A stretch of 64,000 nt of DNA from NCBI GenBank assembly GCA_049999805.1, contig JBNGIO010006370.1, forward strand, positions 311,212-375,211, in the 5' to 3' direction. The translations under genes and the position numbers were made by a program. Numbering within the stretch: position 1 is the first letter of the stretch; the number at the start of each line of letters is the position of its first letter. This DNA is from Folioceros fuciformis. Lineage: Eukaryota. Below are positions 35,291-49,075 of the stretch, in pieces. The notes beneath the pieces were generated by a model, which searched no databases, was not told the origin of the DNA, and worked only from the letters and a program-made list of their open reading frames with translations.

Positions 35291-38139
35291 GACGATTACG
35301 TTCTCCCGTCGACTGTCTCTCACCAAACCCCACAGCCAGCCACCAGTGCCGGATGGCTTCATGGCACATAAAGCGCTTGGGAAGTTTCGAAACACCTCTA
35401 CGGCACGTCCTCGACGACTTTAGATCAAAGGCACGTGCTTACTGTATTGTATTCCCATTGCGGGCCATGGCCCCTGCAAATTGAAGGACGGACCCACCCG
35501 GGCCAGGGTCATCCTACCCAGCTTCAGCGCGTGCGTGACAAGGTACAAGCACTGAAATGGCAGGCTCATGAGACAGAGAGCAACAAGACAAACAATTCCT
35601 GTAAGACAAGACGTCCGGCTCGACGAAGAGCCTTCAAAGCATGTTGGGAACAGTGGCACGAAGGAGGAGCGCCAGCTGATTCATGATGAAGCTGTGGATA
35701 GCGGTGCGAAGCTCCATGGATTTGTGAACTTGTCGGAAGCAGACATGTTTACAGCCATACCAAGTGTTGAGCTCGGAAGCCGCGCGTCCAGCACTCCACA
35801 GCTCCCAGGTTCCTCATCCACCCTTGTCCTACCTAGGCAAACTGATCTCGTGCCCCAGAAGCCTGTCTTCCCTTCCATGCTGGATCCAGGAACCGGTGCT
35901 GCCCACGTGCTTATGGGACATTTGGGTGCTGTAGTCGGAACGTAGTCAACCTTAAGATGCTTCACAAGAGCATCACACATAGCTTGGTCCAAGAGCTTGA
36001 GGACGTTACTAGATTAAGGCATGGATGCTCATCCTAGAGAATCCGGCATAGAGGAGCTTACCCTTCAAATGCAGCACAAACCAAGCCCAGCCAAGCCACG
36101 CCACGCCACGCCACGCCAGCGTGGATTCCACACAGACTGTCGTCTGTGAACCAACGTGACGTCAACGGGCTCCACATCCATTCATATCCTTCTGCGGAGG
36201 ATCCTGCAGGAGAGCCTGGTCAATGATAGTCAGTTCAGGGATCTCCAAACCTGGCACGTGCAACTCGGCGACTGCTCTCTCCAACCACTGCCGTAACGAT
36301 TTACTGGCCAACTATCGCCTTCACGATTTGCTCTAGTCCAACATATCGTTCCACCACATCGCAGAGGGAGGTATGTACATATGCAGTTCATGTCGGAATC
36401 GTTTTGTGACAGCGCAGACTAATTCCTCTCTTACCACTTTGGCAAGTCTTGACACAAGTCTTATTATTTGGGGTGCCATACATGCAAGAGGAATGAAGAC
36501 ATGTTTGGCCAGATTGGGAGTATATTTATGGATCTTGGCTGATGCGCATCCCCTCCGCTACCCAACTTGGAGGGTTGAGGATGACGTCCCTCGCAGGATT
36601 ACCACCACCACATTAGCATTCGCAGAGGAGCAAATCTGCATCCATGTAGTCCGATTCGTCGTATTTTAGAGCACAATGGTATATTTGGACTTTCGAACAT
36701 TCCAAACGACGCAAGTATAATTAAGCATAATTATCAATGCCAAAAATTTGCAAGGGGTGAATATGCATAAGGGTGGCAAATGTACTTTATTCTCCTATTG
36801 AGGTCGTTGATGATGTCAAATGGGTTTTTTTTCATCTTCATGGAAAGAAGCGTGGTTCCATGAAGGGTGGTAAGCAAGGTCTAACAACATCTAAAATAGT
36901 TTGTGTTTGTCCACAAAACTAGGGTTTTACCCTAAATCCAAACTTTAAATATTCAGGTATGGTTTTTACAGGTTTTTGTTGGTGGATAAAATTAGACAAT
37001 GCACACCCCTCAAGACGCAATCCCACCATAAATAATATGTTGAGACATGAATGTATTAGATTTTTGTCCAAACATGATTTTGCATGTCCCTTTGTATTCT
37101 TAAATCTCAGAAACCCTTGCTTTTTGCGTGAGTTAAATTGATTTCAACCGTGGGATTCTGGCATATAAAACCTATAGGCAATTGGGGGGTGCACGTATTG
37201 GGATACCAAATTCCTCTCAAACATCCTCTACTTCTTTCTGGCAGCTCTCAACCCTGCTTCACAAATGTCCGAGTTGGTACACCCCTTGATGACCAGTCGC
37301 CTCAAAACTTTACGAGCAATATATTCGTGAAACAAACTCTGGCACCCAAAGACTCTGAAATCCTTGTAGAGAGGTACCTAAGGCATTGTCTATGTTCACG
37401 GGCTAAGCTAGTTTCAAGAGAGATCTAACCTCTAGGTAACTGCTTCATATGGACTTGAACAATGGGCTGTAGAATTTAAGCATGGTCTATCTTTGGGGTA
37501 AATTTGTGCTAGATGATATTGGGAGTATTCTCTGCGGCAGGCAGTGGTTGCCCCTCACAACCAGCCACCACAACACACCTACTTTCCCTACTCAGAGCTT
37601 AAGTGACATATGCATCCTTAGAAGAGCTTCGCAATTGAAGTACTACTAAATGTTTGCTATGAACTCGAATGTGGTTGCCCATAATCTGTTGCAAGGGATG
37701 TCATTTCTAACAGGTGGAAGAGTACATGATGCCTTGCTCCATGTCTAATATAAGCCGATATATACTTCTATAGTTGCACCCTATTTACCAAGCATCGGGA
37801 TGTCAAGCTCAGAAACATAACACATACTATTAGCTGTTCTTGGAGATGGGAGATAGAGGCAATTGTTTTCGACAACTAGGTTTGCAAGCAACTAGAAATG
37901 GTCGGCAACATTTGCTCATACCGCTCAGCTAATCGGTTGTGATCTTGGCCAACCACTCGCCAAGAAGAGAGCCTGAAACACAAACTAAAGAACAAAAAAC
38001 CCCATTGTCATATAAACCCTATCATGGCAAATGGAAATCTGTCATTTGATTTCATTTTCCTCTTAAATGAAACCCCTAAACCCCTAAACCCATGTAGTCT
38101 GATTAGATGTCTTCACAAGTCCACTATCATAAATCACTC

Positions 38140-38420
38140 AAATAGAGGAGTCTTCACCTACTTGAGAACTTGCCCAACCTTGTTCCTCTACTCTTCACCT
38201 TACACGTTTACTCCTCTAGGAGTCTTCACCTGCATGAGAACTTGCCCAACCTTGTTCCGCTACTCTTCACCTCGCTCATATACTCATATAGGAGTCTTCA
38301 CTTGCTTGAGAACTTGCCCAACCTTGTTTCTCCACTCTTCACCTTGCGCATTTACTTCTATAGAAGTCTTTACCTACATGAGAACTTGCCGAACTTGGTT
38401 GCTTTGTTCTTCACCTCATC
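38140..38420. repeat. 72-bp tandem repeat, about 4 copies
   Basis: ggagtcttcacct.c.tgagaacttgcccaaccttgtt... starts at 38147, 38219, 38291 and ~38363. Confidence 0.9.
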
Positions 38421-38789
38421 CTTTTGGGACTCAATTAGACCACTTGAGCTTGCATGCCCTCAAAATGTATTGTTACAGTCGAGAAAAGCAAGAAGTAAGC
38501 AACTTGCTCAACCATGCAAAGAGGCAGTTGTTTGCCAAATGACTCCACTGTGCTTTTTTTACTCTAAAACATAGCTGAAACACCGGATAGCAACACCCTT
38601 TTGAGAATATTTCCTACTTTCACGCTTTAGGGTGTTAACCCGTTTGCAAGGGACTTGTCTTTTTTCGGATTGCTTTTTAATGAAAACTATTGTAGAAGAT
38701 GAGCAAAAGTTGAAGTGAGCAAAAGTAGAAGACAAACCTCATTCTGCCCATAGAAACCACTTTGTTGACACAAGGGCTCCTGCTCATGA

Positions 38790-39240
38790 AAAAAGCGCTT
38801 TCTATCCAAAAGCTATTCACAAGACTCTGTTGGGGGATTCGGAAACGACTTTCTATCCCAAAGCTTTTCTTTCAAGATACCCCTTTCTACCTAAAAGCTA
38901 TAGACAAACCCCTTTCAGTTAAATCTTGTTTAAGACACCTTTCTTTCAAATCTCTTTCAACCTAGAAGTTAAACATAAACCCCTTTCTACTTGAAAGTTG
39001 AAGATGTTTAAATTCTTTTCTACCCGGAAGCTAGAGACAATTCCTCTTTCTACCCAGAAGCTGGAGATAGACCTTTTTCTATCCAAAAGCTACCTAGAGA
39101 CAAACCCCTTTCTACCTAGAACTTGAAAATAAACCCTTTCCTACCCAAAAGCCAAAAGCAAAACCCTCCTTGGGTAAGTTAGAGACAAGCCCTCTCTTCC
39201 CACAAGGGGGAAACACGGAAACAAATCCCTTTCTAAGGGG
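38790..39240. repeat. Degenerate short-period repeat array (acaaacccctttctacc.agaagct core)
   Basis: About 10 recurrences of ccc(t)ttctac/ttctatc followed by aaaagct or gaagct. Confidence 0.7.
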
Positions 39241-39284
39241 GAAGCTGTTCGAGAAACGGCCACGCCCGGAGAGGAATACCAAAC

Positions 39285-40210
39285 CTATTCCTCCTCGAAT
39301 TCTTTCTCAATAGCCTCCAGGCGCATATTTAGATCGTTCAGCATGGCGTCCATGCCTCGGAGGAAATCTTTCATATCATACAACACGTCCCTCATGTTTC
39401 GCTGCGTCGCCATGCTGCCTCTACGATCCTTCGTTCGGGCGTTGCCGGGTTTGGCTAGGACCCGTTTTGTGCGTTGTGTCCCCTCCTCTAACGCCGCGTC
39501 CAACGCAACGTGGGACCGCTTCCTCCCTCGCAAATTCCTTGTCCTCGGAGGAGGGGACGACTGCTCACCGGGTTGTCCCTGGCCGTTTGCTTTTGGCATG
39601 GTCGCCGCGGTCCCTGCAACTCGTTGTTGTTCCATGTGCCGCTGAATGCTAGACTCCACCGCCATCAACTCTAGTGACAACGCTTCACGCTCCTCATGGC
39701 TGCAGCCTTGCCTTTCAATCCTCCTCCGTATTTGTTGTCGTCTCTCCACATCGAGATGGCGCCAACGCTGGATGATGCCCTTCTTTCCGTACACCGCCTT
39801 CCGCAACCTCACAGGCCCGCTCCAATCCCACTTTCCCGCCGCAACCAGGGCCAAAACCGTCTCCGTGGCCTCCCCATCTTTCAAATTAACACCCTTCATG
39901 CCCCTCGTAAGGTGCTGCAGCCCCCGGGGAGAAAGGTATCGGAGCAAGTGAGACAAGAGAGAAGGTAGGGAAAAAAATGCCCGCGGAAGGTGTGTGTGAA
40001 GAGTATAGCATACACTAAAGCACAGTCTCCATGTCCCGAATATTCATGTACCGGCCCGAACGAGAGGGGAGGCAAGCATGCGCGATTTCTAATTTGGGAC
40101 ATATACGTGTTCACCTCAGCCATTTCGTCGTCCACCGCCATCCCGGCTGCATCTTTGTTGAGAGAGGATGGTTGAGCTGAAACGAAGCACAGGAACCCAG
40201 GTGCCGCCAT
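39285..40210 (-). CDS. Hypothetical protein in two ORFs (40210-39896 and 39956-39285) joinable by a -1 shift at a T7 run
   Basis: GC-rich coding-like ORFs with a C-terminal coiled coil (DVLYDMKDFLRGMDAMLNDLNMRLEAIEKE). No family recognised. Confidence 0.4.
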
Positions 40211-40949
40211 CTCCTCGAGGTTTGATCACAAGAGTACGGATCCTCAAGGCTGCCATGCCTCGGCAAATGTTGCAACCATCTCTCAGCATGGGACGACAAC
40301 CCTGATCTCCGTCCTCCGCATCTTCACCTCTGGTCACCAGCTTTCGCTTTAGGATAAATACTGAACCTTTCCCTTCAAGTCTGAGCAGAATCAATACAAG
40401 CATTGTTCACTTCCAGTCCACCTAGTTCATGGGGATACCAGGCAGTCCGTTCTCTGTGCTCTAATTACTGTGAAGCCTCCTTCCCGATGGGGTGCTGTGT
40501 GCTGCCCACCGGGTAAGAGGTGTGACTGCAACGACAGTTCCAACATCGTGCTTTGGCTGTTTGCAAACACAGAGCCTGTACAGTGATGAGGATCCTTGCC
40601 ATACAGCTAGGAACGCTCGGAACTATGCCTGGCCATCCCAATCTTGGATCCAGCTGATACAAATGCGATGAACCGATGAAACCGCCCCGACTAACGACCC
40701 TCAATCGAAATTCCGAACCAGCGGAGGATGCTACATAACCCCTCCACTTCCTCCCTACCACTATGTACACCCTCCAGCTCAACTGCTATTCTACCAGCCT
40801 AGAAACTAGGACGCGAAGTGAGTAGAAACGCGACTGTGCCGAATCCTAGGAGGAGGTCTGGCTAAAATGCTGGGCCTCGTCCACCCTTGTCAACGACAAA
40901 AGGGCGGCAAACTATTGGAACCAAAACCCCACTGCACCTATATTACCAT

Positions 40950-43840
40950 CTACAGAACAAGACACGTACACCTTTGGAGACTGAAGCTATTCAATGACTT
41001 CTCGATCTCTTCCATGGACAATATTATATCCAAAAACGTAGGCCGCTGCTTAGGATCTTGATGCCAACACTCTTGCAAAAGCCTGCGAAACGAAACAAGG
41101 GAAGAATTAAACAATACAAAACAAAGCAGACAGTTGTGGGTACGTATTCAAAGGTTTGAAGCAGGAAAAGCAATCACGTTTCCCACACGTTAAGACTGTT
41201 CTTGAGAAAGCAGCACCCTAAGGCGAGAGGAGGAAGTGCTCACTCTTTCATCTTTTCTGGATAACTATTAACCGTGAAAGCTGGTCTCACGTTGTCAAGC
41301 GCCCTGGCCCTCGCTAATTGATGGGATAACTGAGGAGAATAAGATGAAGTCCCCTCGAACATCTACCAGAACAAGCACACATTAACATTTTCAGCGAATA
41401 CACAAGGGTAAGCACTGAAACTCACAATCGGACTTAAAGCAATACCTCGTGCACTATGATTGCAAATGAAAACACATCGACGCTTTTGTCATAATCCTCA
41501 TGCTTGAAGACTTCCGGAGCCATATATCGATCTGCCAGTCCGCAAAAGCCATCAGTGCTACTTGGTTCCACACAAGTCCAGATGTGGTGTCACTTTTCTG
41601 AACCCATTAACCAGCGCACTGATGATCACGTGAGCCAACCATCTCTTAAGTCAAGAAAGCACTTGATATCACACGCAGACTCGGGGGAACTTGAGCCACA
41701 CATATCAGCCTTATATTCCACCACGGCGTCACCATATGGACCAATTACAACGGAAAACAAGTTCAAATGCTAACAACCTACTGACGAGATCACAGACCCT
41801 GTAGACCAGCAATCAAACAGAATGTCTACACACAGCTCAGACGTCCACGTTGAGAACTTCACACCAGGAGAAGTGGCACACAATCAAGAAGATTTTACAC
41901 ACAAAAGAAATTGAACAGACAAGAAACGCACATGATCCAGTCTCTCCAGTCATTCTATACACTTCATGAACATTTGATTTAGCCTCCACCAGTTTCCCCA
42001 ACCCAAAATCTGCAACCTTCAGATGACCTGCTTCGTCCTGTAGCAAATTTCTGGTTCGACGGGCAAAAGAGAATCAAACTCACTGACATGGTTCACAAAG
42101 ATTGTCAATGTTAACACTGTCACTGGCAACAAGAACTGCATGAATTGGATTGCCAAAGCCTACATCATGACAGTTATCAGCGTTTAGGAGCATACCTGGG
42201 CTTCAAATCACGATGCAACACTGGTTTCGGCTTATGTTCATGAAGGTAATTCATGCCCCTGCAAAACCAAACATAAAACAAGTCAATGAAAGTTTGCACA
42301 ACTTGTGCAGTGCCTGTGAAGCAATGAACCCACAACGTCCTTCCCTTTGAAATTAACCTGAGAAGCACATGAGTCTACCGGGCAATATCAAGGGCAAAAC
42401 GGATGGCTTGGGCTGCGCTCAACCGACCCTCCTTTTGCAGAATCCTATGGAGATCACCCTGCCAATTCAGAGTGAGTAAGATTATGGCAAACACGAGCGC
42501 TAAATGACAGACCTGTACAACCAAGAAAGAACAAAACAAGGAGAGGAACGTCACACAACCCTGGGCAAGTACTCGGTCACTATGACAAGCGGATCACTCT
42601 TAGTCACAGCACCCAAAAACTGAACAATATTGGGGTGTCGAAGTTTTTGAAGCAGACCCAGCTCCTCAATAAATTCTTTCCTGTACTACATGAACAAGGG
42701 TAGGATGAACCAGCAGATAAGCAGCAACGTGTCAGATCAAACGCATAAGGGATACCCAGCAATGGACGACTTCCGAGAATCATAATCTTTTTTGAGCCTT
42801 CAATCTAAAACGCATATCACGAGCTTGTGGGCACAAGAAATGGGAAAATCACCGGACTTTCGGATCTGAATTCAACGAGCTCAAAATAGTTTTCGCCGCC
42901 ACTCTAGTACCTCGCCAGTTGACCAAATGTATTTCTCCAAAAGCACCCTATTGAAATTCACATCGCCGTCTTGTGTAAGAAGGTAAGGCAACTTCAGCTT
43001 ACCAAAACTGAAATTTACGGTGTGAAGCTTTTGTATCTCGATCTTGATACTAATGTCTTATCGACCATCTGAAAGGCGACTACGATGACCTTGAGGACAA
43101 GATGTCAGTACAGTGTTGATGTCCATTTCACCTTGCCAATGCAGCGACTGTTTGAGAAATCAAGTTCAGAATACTCAATTTCCCACTCAGGACCCGTAGC
43201 ACCTGAAGGTTCGTATACCGTGGAATTTACCTGTCAGACAATAAATGCGTTTTAATTACTCTTTCCGCACATCATGCGAAGCCACTCATGAGTTGCTGCC
43301 AGTTTCAGACATAGGGCATTTGAAAACTGTAAAAAAATGTTGAAAAAATCAGGACGGAGAGAGGGCGAAAGAACAAACAGATCCTCCATGCTCTTCCAAC
43401 AACTTGCAAACTTCTGTGAAGCCGTAACGCTGTGCATCATCTAGAGGCTGCAACATGAAGATTTTCTTCTAGTTACTTGAATCACATATTATAATATATT
43501 CCAGTTCAGGTTCAATCGATTCAGTCACAGCGAGAAGGTAGCTCCTTGGAAGGGCAAACCGACAGAGCATCACATCACAACCGCAACTCACCGTCCGGTC
43601 CCACCGATCAACTGGATTGACAAACGCATTATGTTGCAGTAATAATTCAACCACAGGTACATTCCCCACACAGGCAGCCAGATGCAACGCTGTTCTGAGG
43701 TCATAGTCTGTTGCGTCAACACTGGCTCCCTCTGCTAAAACGCCCTTCAAACCCTCCCTATCCCCCTGACTGGCACAGTACAGGAGCTTGACAGTCGAAT
43801 CCAAAGCGCCAGCCGGCGTCTCGGGCGAGGTTTGACCCAT
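40950..43840 (-). CDS. Ankyrin-repeat Raf-like kinase (ILK/VIK family), multi-exon
   Basis: ANK repeats (DYDLRTALHLAAC...VNPVDRWDRT), WEIEYSEL, GK|GAFGEI, WRGTRVAAK, LRHPNIVQFLGAVT, HRDLKP, KVADFGL, TGETGS|YRYMAPE; ends QRCTCLVL*. Confidence 0.93.
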
Positions 43841-45596
43841 TCTGACTCGTCGAGTTACACTTCATCCACACTCTGCTGGCAACACAACGTCACATAACCA
43901 CCGAAGTCACGTCCACAGGAGCTACATAGAGCGCCATACGCCCATGGCATCAAGCTGCGCAGGCCATAGGACGCTGCCCGAGTGTCCTTAGGACGCTGAA
44001 TTAACCAAACCCCAGCTGAAAGACTGCTACCAAGAAACAGGGGAGCCCTTTCATTCCACGTCCTCACTTGGCTGGGCCAGGTTTCACACGTACCGGATTT
44101 GCTGGTGAGATCGTTGAGAGGAATGAAAAAGCAGTGCGTCGCGGCGATGGGAGTAGCCTTTCCAAGGATCCTGAAGACAGGAGGAGGATTACCTGTTCTT
44201 CAATTACATCTCACCAGCAATCTGTAAACATGCACAAGGCCTTCAGGCGGAAATTTTGTAGCCAGAAAAGCCGCGAGCGGAGCAGAAACCTACGAGCTCA
44301 CAGCAGCTTCCGATGAATCAGGGCACAAGAGGCTTCGAAACGCGCGACATGGATGCCACCTGCAACAGGCGTGAGCTCCCCAAGGACGACATGAGGAGGA
44401 GCTTGTGTGTTAGTGTGTGAGTTGAGTGTTCAAGTGTTCAGCATTTACGGGTTTCCGTCAGGTTTTTCTTGCAGAGTGAATTACGTAACAAAAACTTATT
44501 TGTGGTAATCGCAAACATCTTCACTTTCATCCTGTTGTGTGGACAGCGGTATATTTTTGTCGTGCGTGTTGCCCCCGGGGGCATCAGACTTCCGTCGTCG
44601 CCTAGTGCAGGCCAGCCAACCCTCCCACGCTCTCAGAAATCCGTCCACCAGACAAGCTTAGCTGCACCATAGCTGGCAGCCGGGCCCGTAACCTCAGTTC
44701 GATTTACTTACTAGTCTCATCTAGTCTTCAGACTTTTCTCCTTGTTCGAGCAAGTGGCGGCTCAAGCCTCTATGCAAAAAAAAATATGCCATGACACCTT
44801 TCTTCTCAGGCGACAAGGATACGCCAGCCACAGGGAACGTGGCTCACTGAGGTCTGGAACATGGCTTCTCCTCTACATGGAAGAACAGAGCATTCGGGCC
44901 TGTTGGAAGCGGCTAAGATAGAGCTGGTGGACGGCTACAGATAGCCTGCTTCATAATTTTGGGGACCCCAACATTATGAAGCGTCACCCTGGAGCATTGT
45001 ACGCTGCCACCTCTCCGTCTTCCAGCCTTGTGCACCCTACCCTACCCTCGACGAATTCCACTCAGATCCACCATGTGCCTGCTTCCCTGTTTTGGAGACG
45101 GTTGTTCTTGAAAAAGCCAACTGGCCACCTGGCTCGTACCACAACTCTTTCAAGCAGGCTGAAGGGGCATGCGCTGGAAGGTGTCCCTTGCTGGTCATGA
45201 AAGAGGCCTCCACGGCTCCAGCTGTAACCGTCTTCCACAACCATGGCTACCAGCAAAGCTGCGCTTCATGCATGGACACAAAAGCTTGTCACAAGGTCAA
45301 TCAGTTTAATCAACAGGTCGTCACTTCCACGAGAATGAAATCAGTACTCTCGTGCCTACGCTCATAAGCAGCAGCAGTGTCTCACCACAAACCGACACAT
45401 TGCGGATCGGTAAAGGCGGCCCAAAGACGGTACAAAAAAGTTTATGCAGCCGGGGATGCAACCCAATTTTTACACCAGCTGCAAGCACTTCCAGCCAGAG
45501 CCTTTCGAGTACGAAGCTGGTAACCACAACTTTCTCGTAACTCAACTAACAAAATTCCCCAGACGCGGGAAGGGGCACAATCTCCCCGAAATAAGC

Positions 45597-46457
45597 CTAC
45601 ACCTTGAAGCCTCTGCTGTTACGGCGTCCACGAGCCTTCTCAAACTTCCTGCCTTTAGACCTGACGTAGGGCTTCGTGTGGCTGTGAGGCACGCCAGGGG
45701 CCCTTCCAAAGTGCTTCACTGCTTCGCGAGCATTCTTAGGTCCCCTCAACAGAAGCTGGGCCAATAGGATTATTCACGGAGTTAGATTGCATACCAGCCA
45801 GCTCAGAAGATTCACTAGGGTACCAACAACAAGATCCACGAGGTTACCACGGGGGGCTTACAGTATTGGAGCCTGTTGGAGCCCTCAACGCGAGCTGATC
45901 GAAAGTCAGCACCTCGCCACCAGCCTTCAGGATACGTGCTCGGGCTGTTTCAGTGACGCGCAAGGCAGCCACCCGCAGAGCAGGCACATCATACAATCTG
46001 ATGTCGTCCGTTACAGTCCCGACTACCACGGCGATCTTGTCCTCCTGAAATCCAAACAAGCTCAAATCACTGCTCCCAAACACAGAGACATCCGGATATC
46101 CACAGCCCGAACTACTTGCAGGTGCTGAAAAGTGCCCTAACCTTGCCCTTGATGTACCTCACAAGCCGAGAAAGGGAAATCGGAGGCCTGTTCGTTCGAC
46201 TCATAAACAACCGCTTCAGCACAACTTTGTTGAAGGGACTTTCAGTCCGCCTCACCAAAAACCTGTACAGCTGCGGCAGCAGATCACCCGGGAATTGGAC
46301 TCCGTCATCACCATCAAGGTCAGCAACAGAGAGGACGCCTGAAACCCTAGAACCCGATGCTCACCTTCACGAGAAGCTTGAGATAGGGATTGTCACTCTT
46401 CGGAGCTGTGCGCTTTGTCTTCTTGTTGCGCCCACCGGCAACCAGATCGATACCCAT
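45597..46457 (-). CDS. RPL18: 60S ribosomal protein L18 (eL18), 4 exons
   Basis: [40 protein letters not shown]...|[14 protein letters not shown]...|[17 protein letters not shown]...RGFKV*. Confidence 0.97.
46342..46350 (+). promoter_or_regulatory. Telo-box-like element (AAACCCTA) in RPL18 intron 1
   Basis: aaaccctag in the first intron. Telo boxes are known near plant ribosomal-protein gene starts, but a motif this short can occur by chance. Confidence 0.35.
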
Positions 46458-47076
46458 GGCGACGAGCGGAAACCGGCGGACGCAGTGGCGCTTGTTCCAC
46501 CAGGAGAGGAAGCCGGAAGGTCCCGACCAAGGGCGTTCTAGAGCGTCGTATATTATTTACATACTCACCTAGGTTTGTGACCATTTTGAGATGATGCTCA
46601 CGATAATGGTTAGTAACACGAAAATAAGTAGCTGATCTAATAACAAGGAGTAAAGAAGGTTTTAGGAGCCTAGTTGATTAGTNNNNNNNNNNNNNNNNNN
46701 NNNNNNNNNNNNNNNNNNNNNNNNNNNNNNNNNNNNNNNNNNNNNNNNNNNNNNNNNNNNNNNNNNNNNNNNNNNNNNNNNNTCTTCTATGAGCTTTCCT
46801 TTTTCTTTTTCTTTTTTTTTCCTCTTTTTTTTTTCTTTTTTCTTCTGAGAAGATTGGGGCAGAAGGATGCGCTGTGGCAAAGGTTCCCAAGTATTGAGCT
46901 TCCCCAAGGGACATAGCATCTAAATCAAGGGTATTTCAAGAACTAGTATTTTCTTAAGATTAATATTATTTTGTGAATATCTTATAGCAACCCCCTCTAT
47001 TCAAAGCATCTAACTCATGGACCAATGCTCCATAGAAAGCATAACAAAAGACTTTGTCTCTATTTTGTTTCATAAA

Positions 47077-47200
47077 ATAAGGGTTTAGGAATTTTAGGGT
47101 TTAGGGCTTAGGTTGAAGGGTTAGGGTTTAAGGTTTAGGGTTTAAGGGTTAGAGCTTAGGGTTGAAGGGTTAGGGTTTAGGGTTGAAGAAGTAGGGCTTA
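47077..47200 (+). repeat. Degenerate telomere-like (TTTAGGG) tract
   Basis: tttagggtttagggcttaggttgaagggttagggtttaagg... Confidence 0.85.
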
Positions 47201-48335
47201 GTGTTTGATAAAAATAAAGATGAAATTTTGATGGCTGTTTTTTATTTGGTAAATGATTAATTTATTTTTAATTCCTTAATTCCAGAATATTTGTGAAGGC
47301 AATGAAAAGGAAAGAATAGAATGACTATTTTCCAAAATGAGATCACAATGCAATTTGAATATCATGGTCTCGTACATTACATTCATAAGGGTATAGAATT
47401 AGAATTGGAATAGGATTTAGGGTTTATGGTTTAATCGGAATAGTTAAATCAGAAGAGATTGGGTTTAGGTTTAGTTTAAGTGGTTAAATATGAAGAATGT
47501 ACGGAATATATTGGAGTAAGCTAACATTAGTAGAAATAAGGCAGGCCCGTGGGCTCCATGCACCTCACTGCTATAGAAAGTTATACATATGTGGCTGTGA
47601 TTCGAGAAGTATGTACCATACTAGGGCAAGCTAAATAAGTAATTTAAATAGCCATATATGTAAGGTTAAGATACTAACTCAAGTAAGTATGTACTATATC
47701 GAGACAAAACACGTTAAGGGATTATATTTGCTGAAACCAATAGGTTATATGGAACAAGCTAAATTTGTAGAAACAAGGTGTGCTTTTGGAACCATATTAT
47801 TTAATAGAGTGGAGAAGGATTAAGATCGGTGGCTTTTGTCTTCAACTGACAAACAAAAAGCAGCCTTAAATCATTCGAGGAACTAAAAAATGGGTAAATA
47901 TTTATTTTATCCATGGTAAGTTAGTTTGGTCATGTNNNNNNNNNNNNNNNNNNNNNNNNNNNNNNNNNNNNNNNNNNNNNNNNNNNNNNNNNNNNNNNNN
48001 NNNNNNNNNNNNNNNNNNNNNNNNNNNNNNNNNNNNNNNNNNNNNNNNNNNNNNNNNNNNNNNNNNNNNNNNNNNNNNNNNNNNNNNNNNNNNNNNNNNN
48101 NNNNNNNNNNNNNNNNNNNNNNNNNNNNNNNNNNNNNNNNNNNNNNNNNNNNNNNNNNNNNNNNNNNNNNNNNNNNNNNNNNNNNNNNNNNNNNNNNNNN
48201 NNNNNNNNNNNNNNNNNNNNNNNNNNNNNNNNNNNNNNNNNNNNNNNNNNNNNNNNNNNNNNNNNNNNNNNNNNNNNNNNNNNNNNNNNNNNNNNNNNNN
48301 NNNNNNNNNNNNNNNNNNNNNNNNNNNNNNNNNNN

Positions 48336-49075
48336 GATCTTATTTATGGGTCTGACATCGAAGACTTTGACGATTAAGAAGCATCGAATATTGAATAAAT
48401 CTTGTTCATTAGTGTGTGATGACAACATCTAGGTTAAGATGAAGTCGAGCAAAGAGGAGGGGTTTGAAAGCCAAGAAGGGAGCCTGGCTGTTTCCGATGG
48501 TGTAAGTACCAAAAGACTAAAATAAAGATATTTTTCTAAAGGCCTTAATATGGGTTTGTTTTAACGCCTTTTAGTATACCTGCGATTCAAGCTTGTTACA
48601 CTTTTATTTCCGAGTGTATTTGCTTTAGGGTTTAGGGTTTAGGGTTATGGCTTAGGTTTGAAGGGTTACAGTTTAGGGTTGAAGGGTTAGGGCTTAGTGT
48701 TTGATAAAATTTAAGATCAAGTTTTGATTGTTGTGTTTTATTTGGCATGTATTGGAAAGATCTTACTTATGGGTCTGACATCAATGACTTTGACGATTTA
48801 GAAGCATCAATTGTTGAATAAATCTTGTTCATAGGTGTGTGATGACAACCTCAAGGTTAAGATAAAGTCGAGCAAAGAGGAGGGTTTTTTTTTTTGTTTA
48901 GAAAAAAAAAGATGAAAAATCAGATCTACCTTAAATAAGAGGAGGGAAAGACCCATAGAAGGTTGAAAGCCAAAAAGAGAGCTTAGCTCTCTCCGATCGT
49001 GCAAATACCAAAAGAATAAAATAAAGACATAGATTCAAGCTTGTTACACTTTTATTTTTTCCGAATGTATTGGCT
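48336..49075 (+). repeat. Direct repeat (~48336-48620 vs ~48758-49075) around a second TTTAGGG-like tract (48623-48700)
   Basis: gatcttat/cttatgggtctgacatc...gataaagtcgagcaaagagga...gattcaagcttgttacacttttat occurs twice. The middle tract shares its gggcttagtgtttgataaaa flank with the tract near 47190. Confidence 0.8.

Noticed and set aside
36380-37990. Possible transposase (MULE/SWIM-like) relic
   Set aside because: Only vague Cys-containing fragments among many stops; not enough to name a family.
47907-48432. ORFs spanning N runs (also near 34.3 kb and 46.7 kb)
   Set aside because: Artefacts of assembly gaps.
47077-48700. True telomere or chromosome fusion point
   Set aside because: The tracts are short, degenerate, all in one orientation and embedded in duplicated flanks, which fits TE-internal or interstitial repeats.
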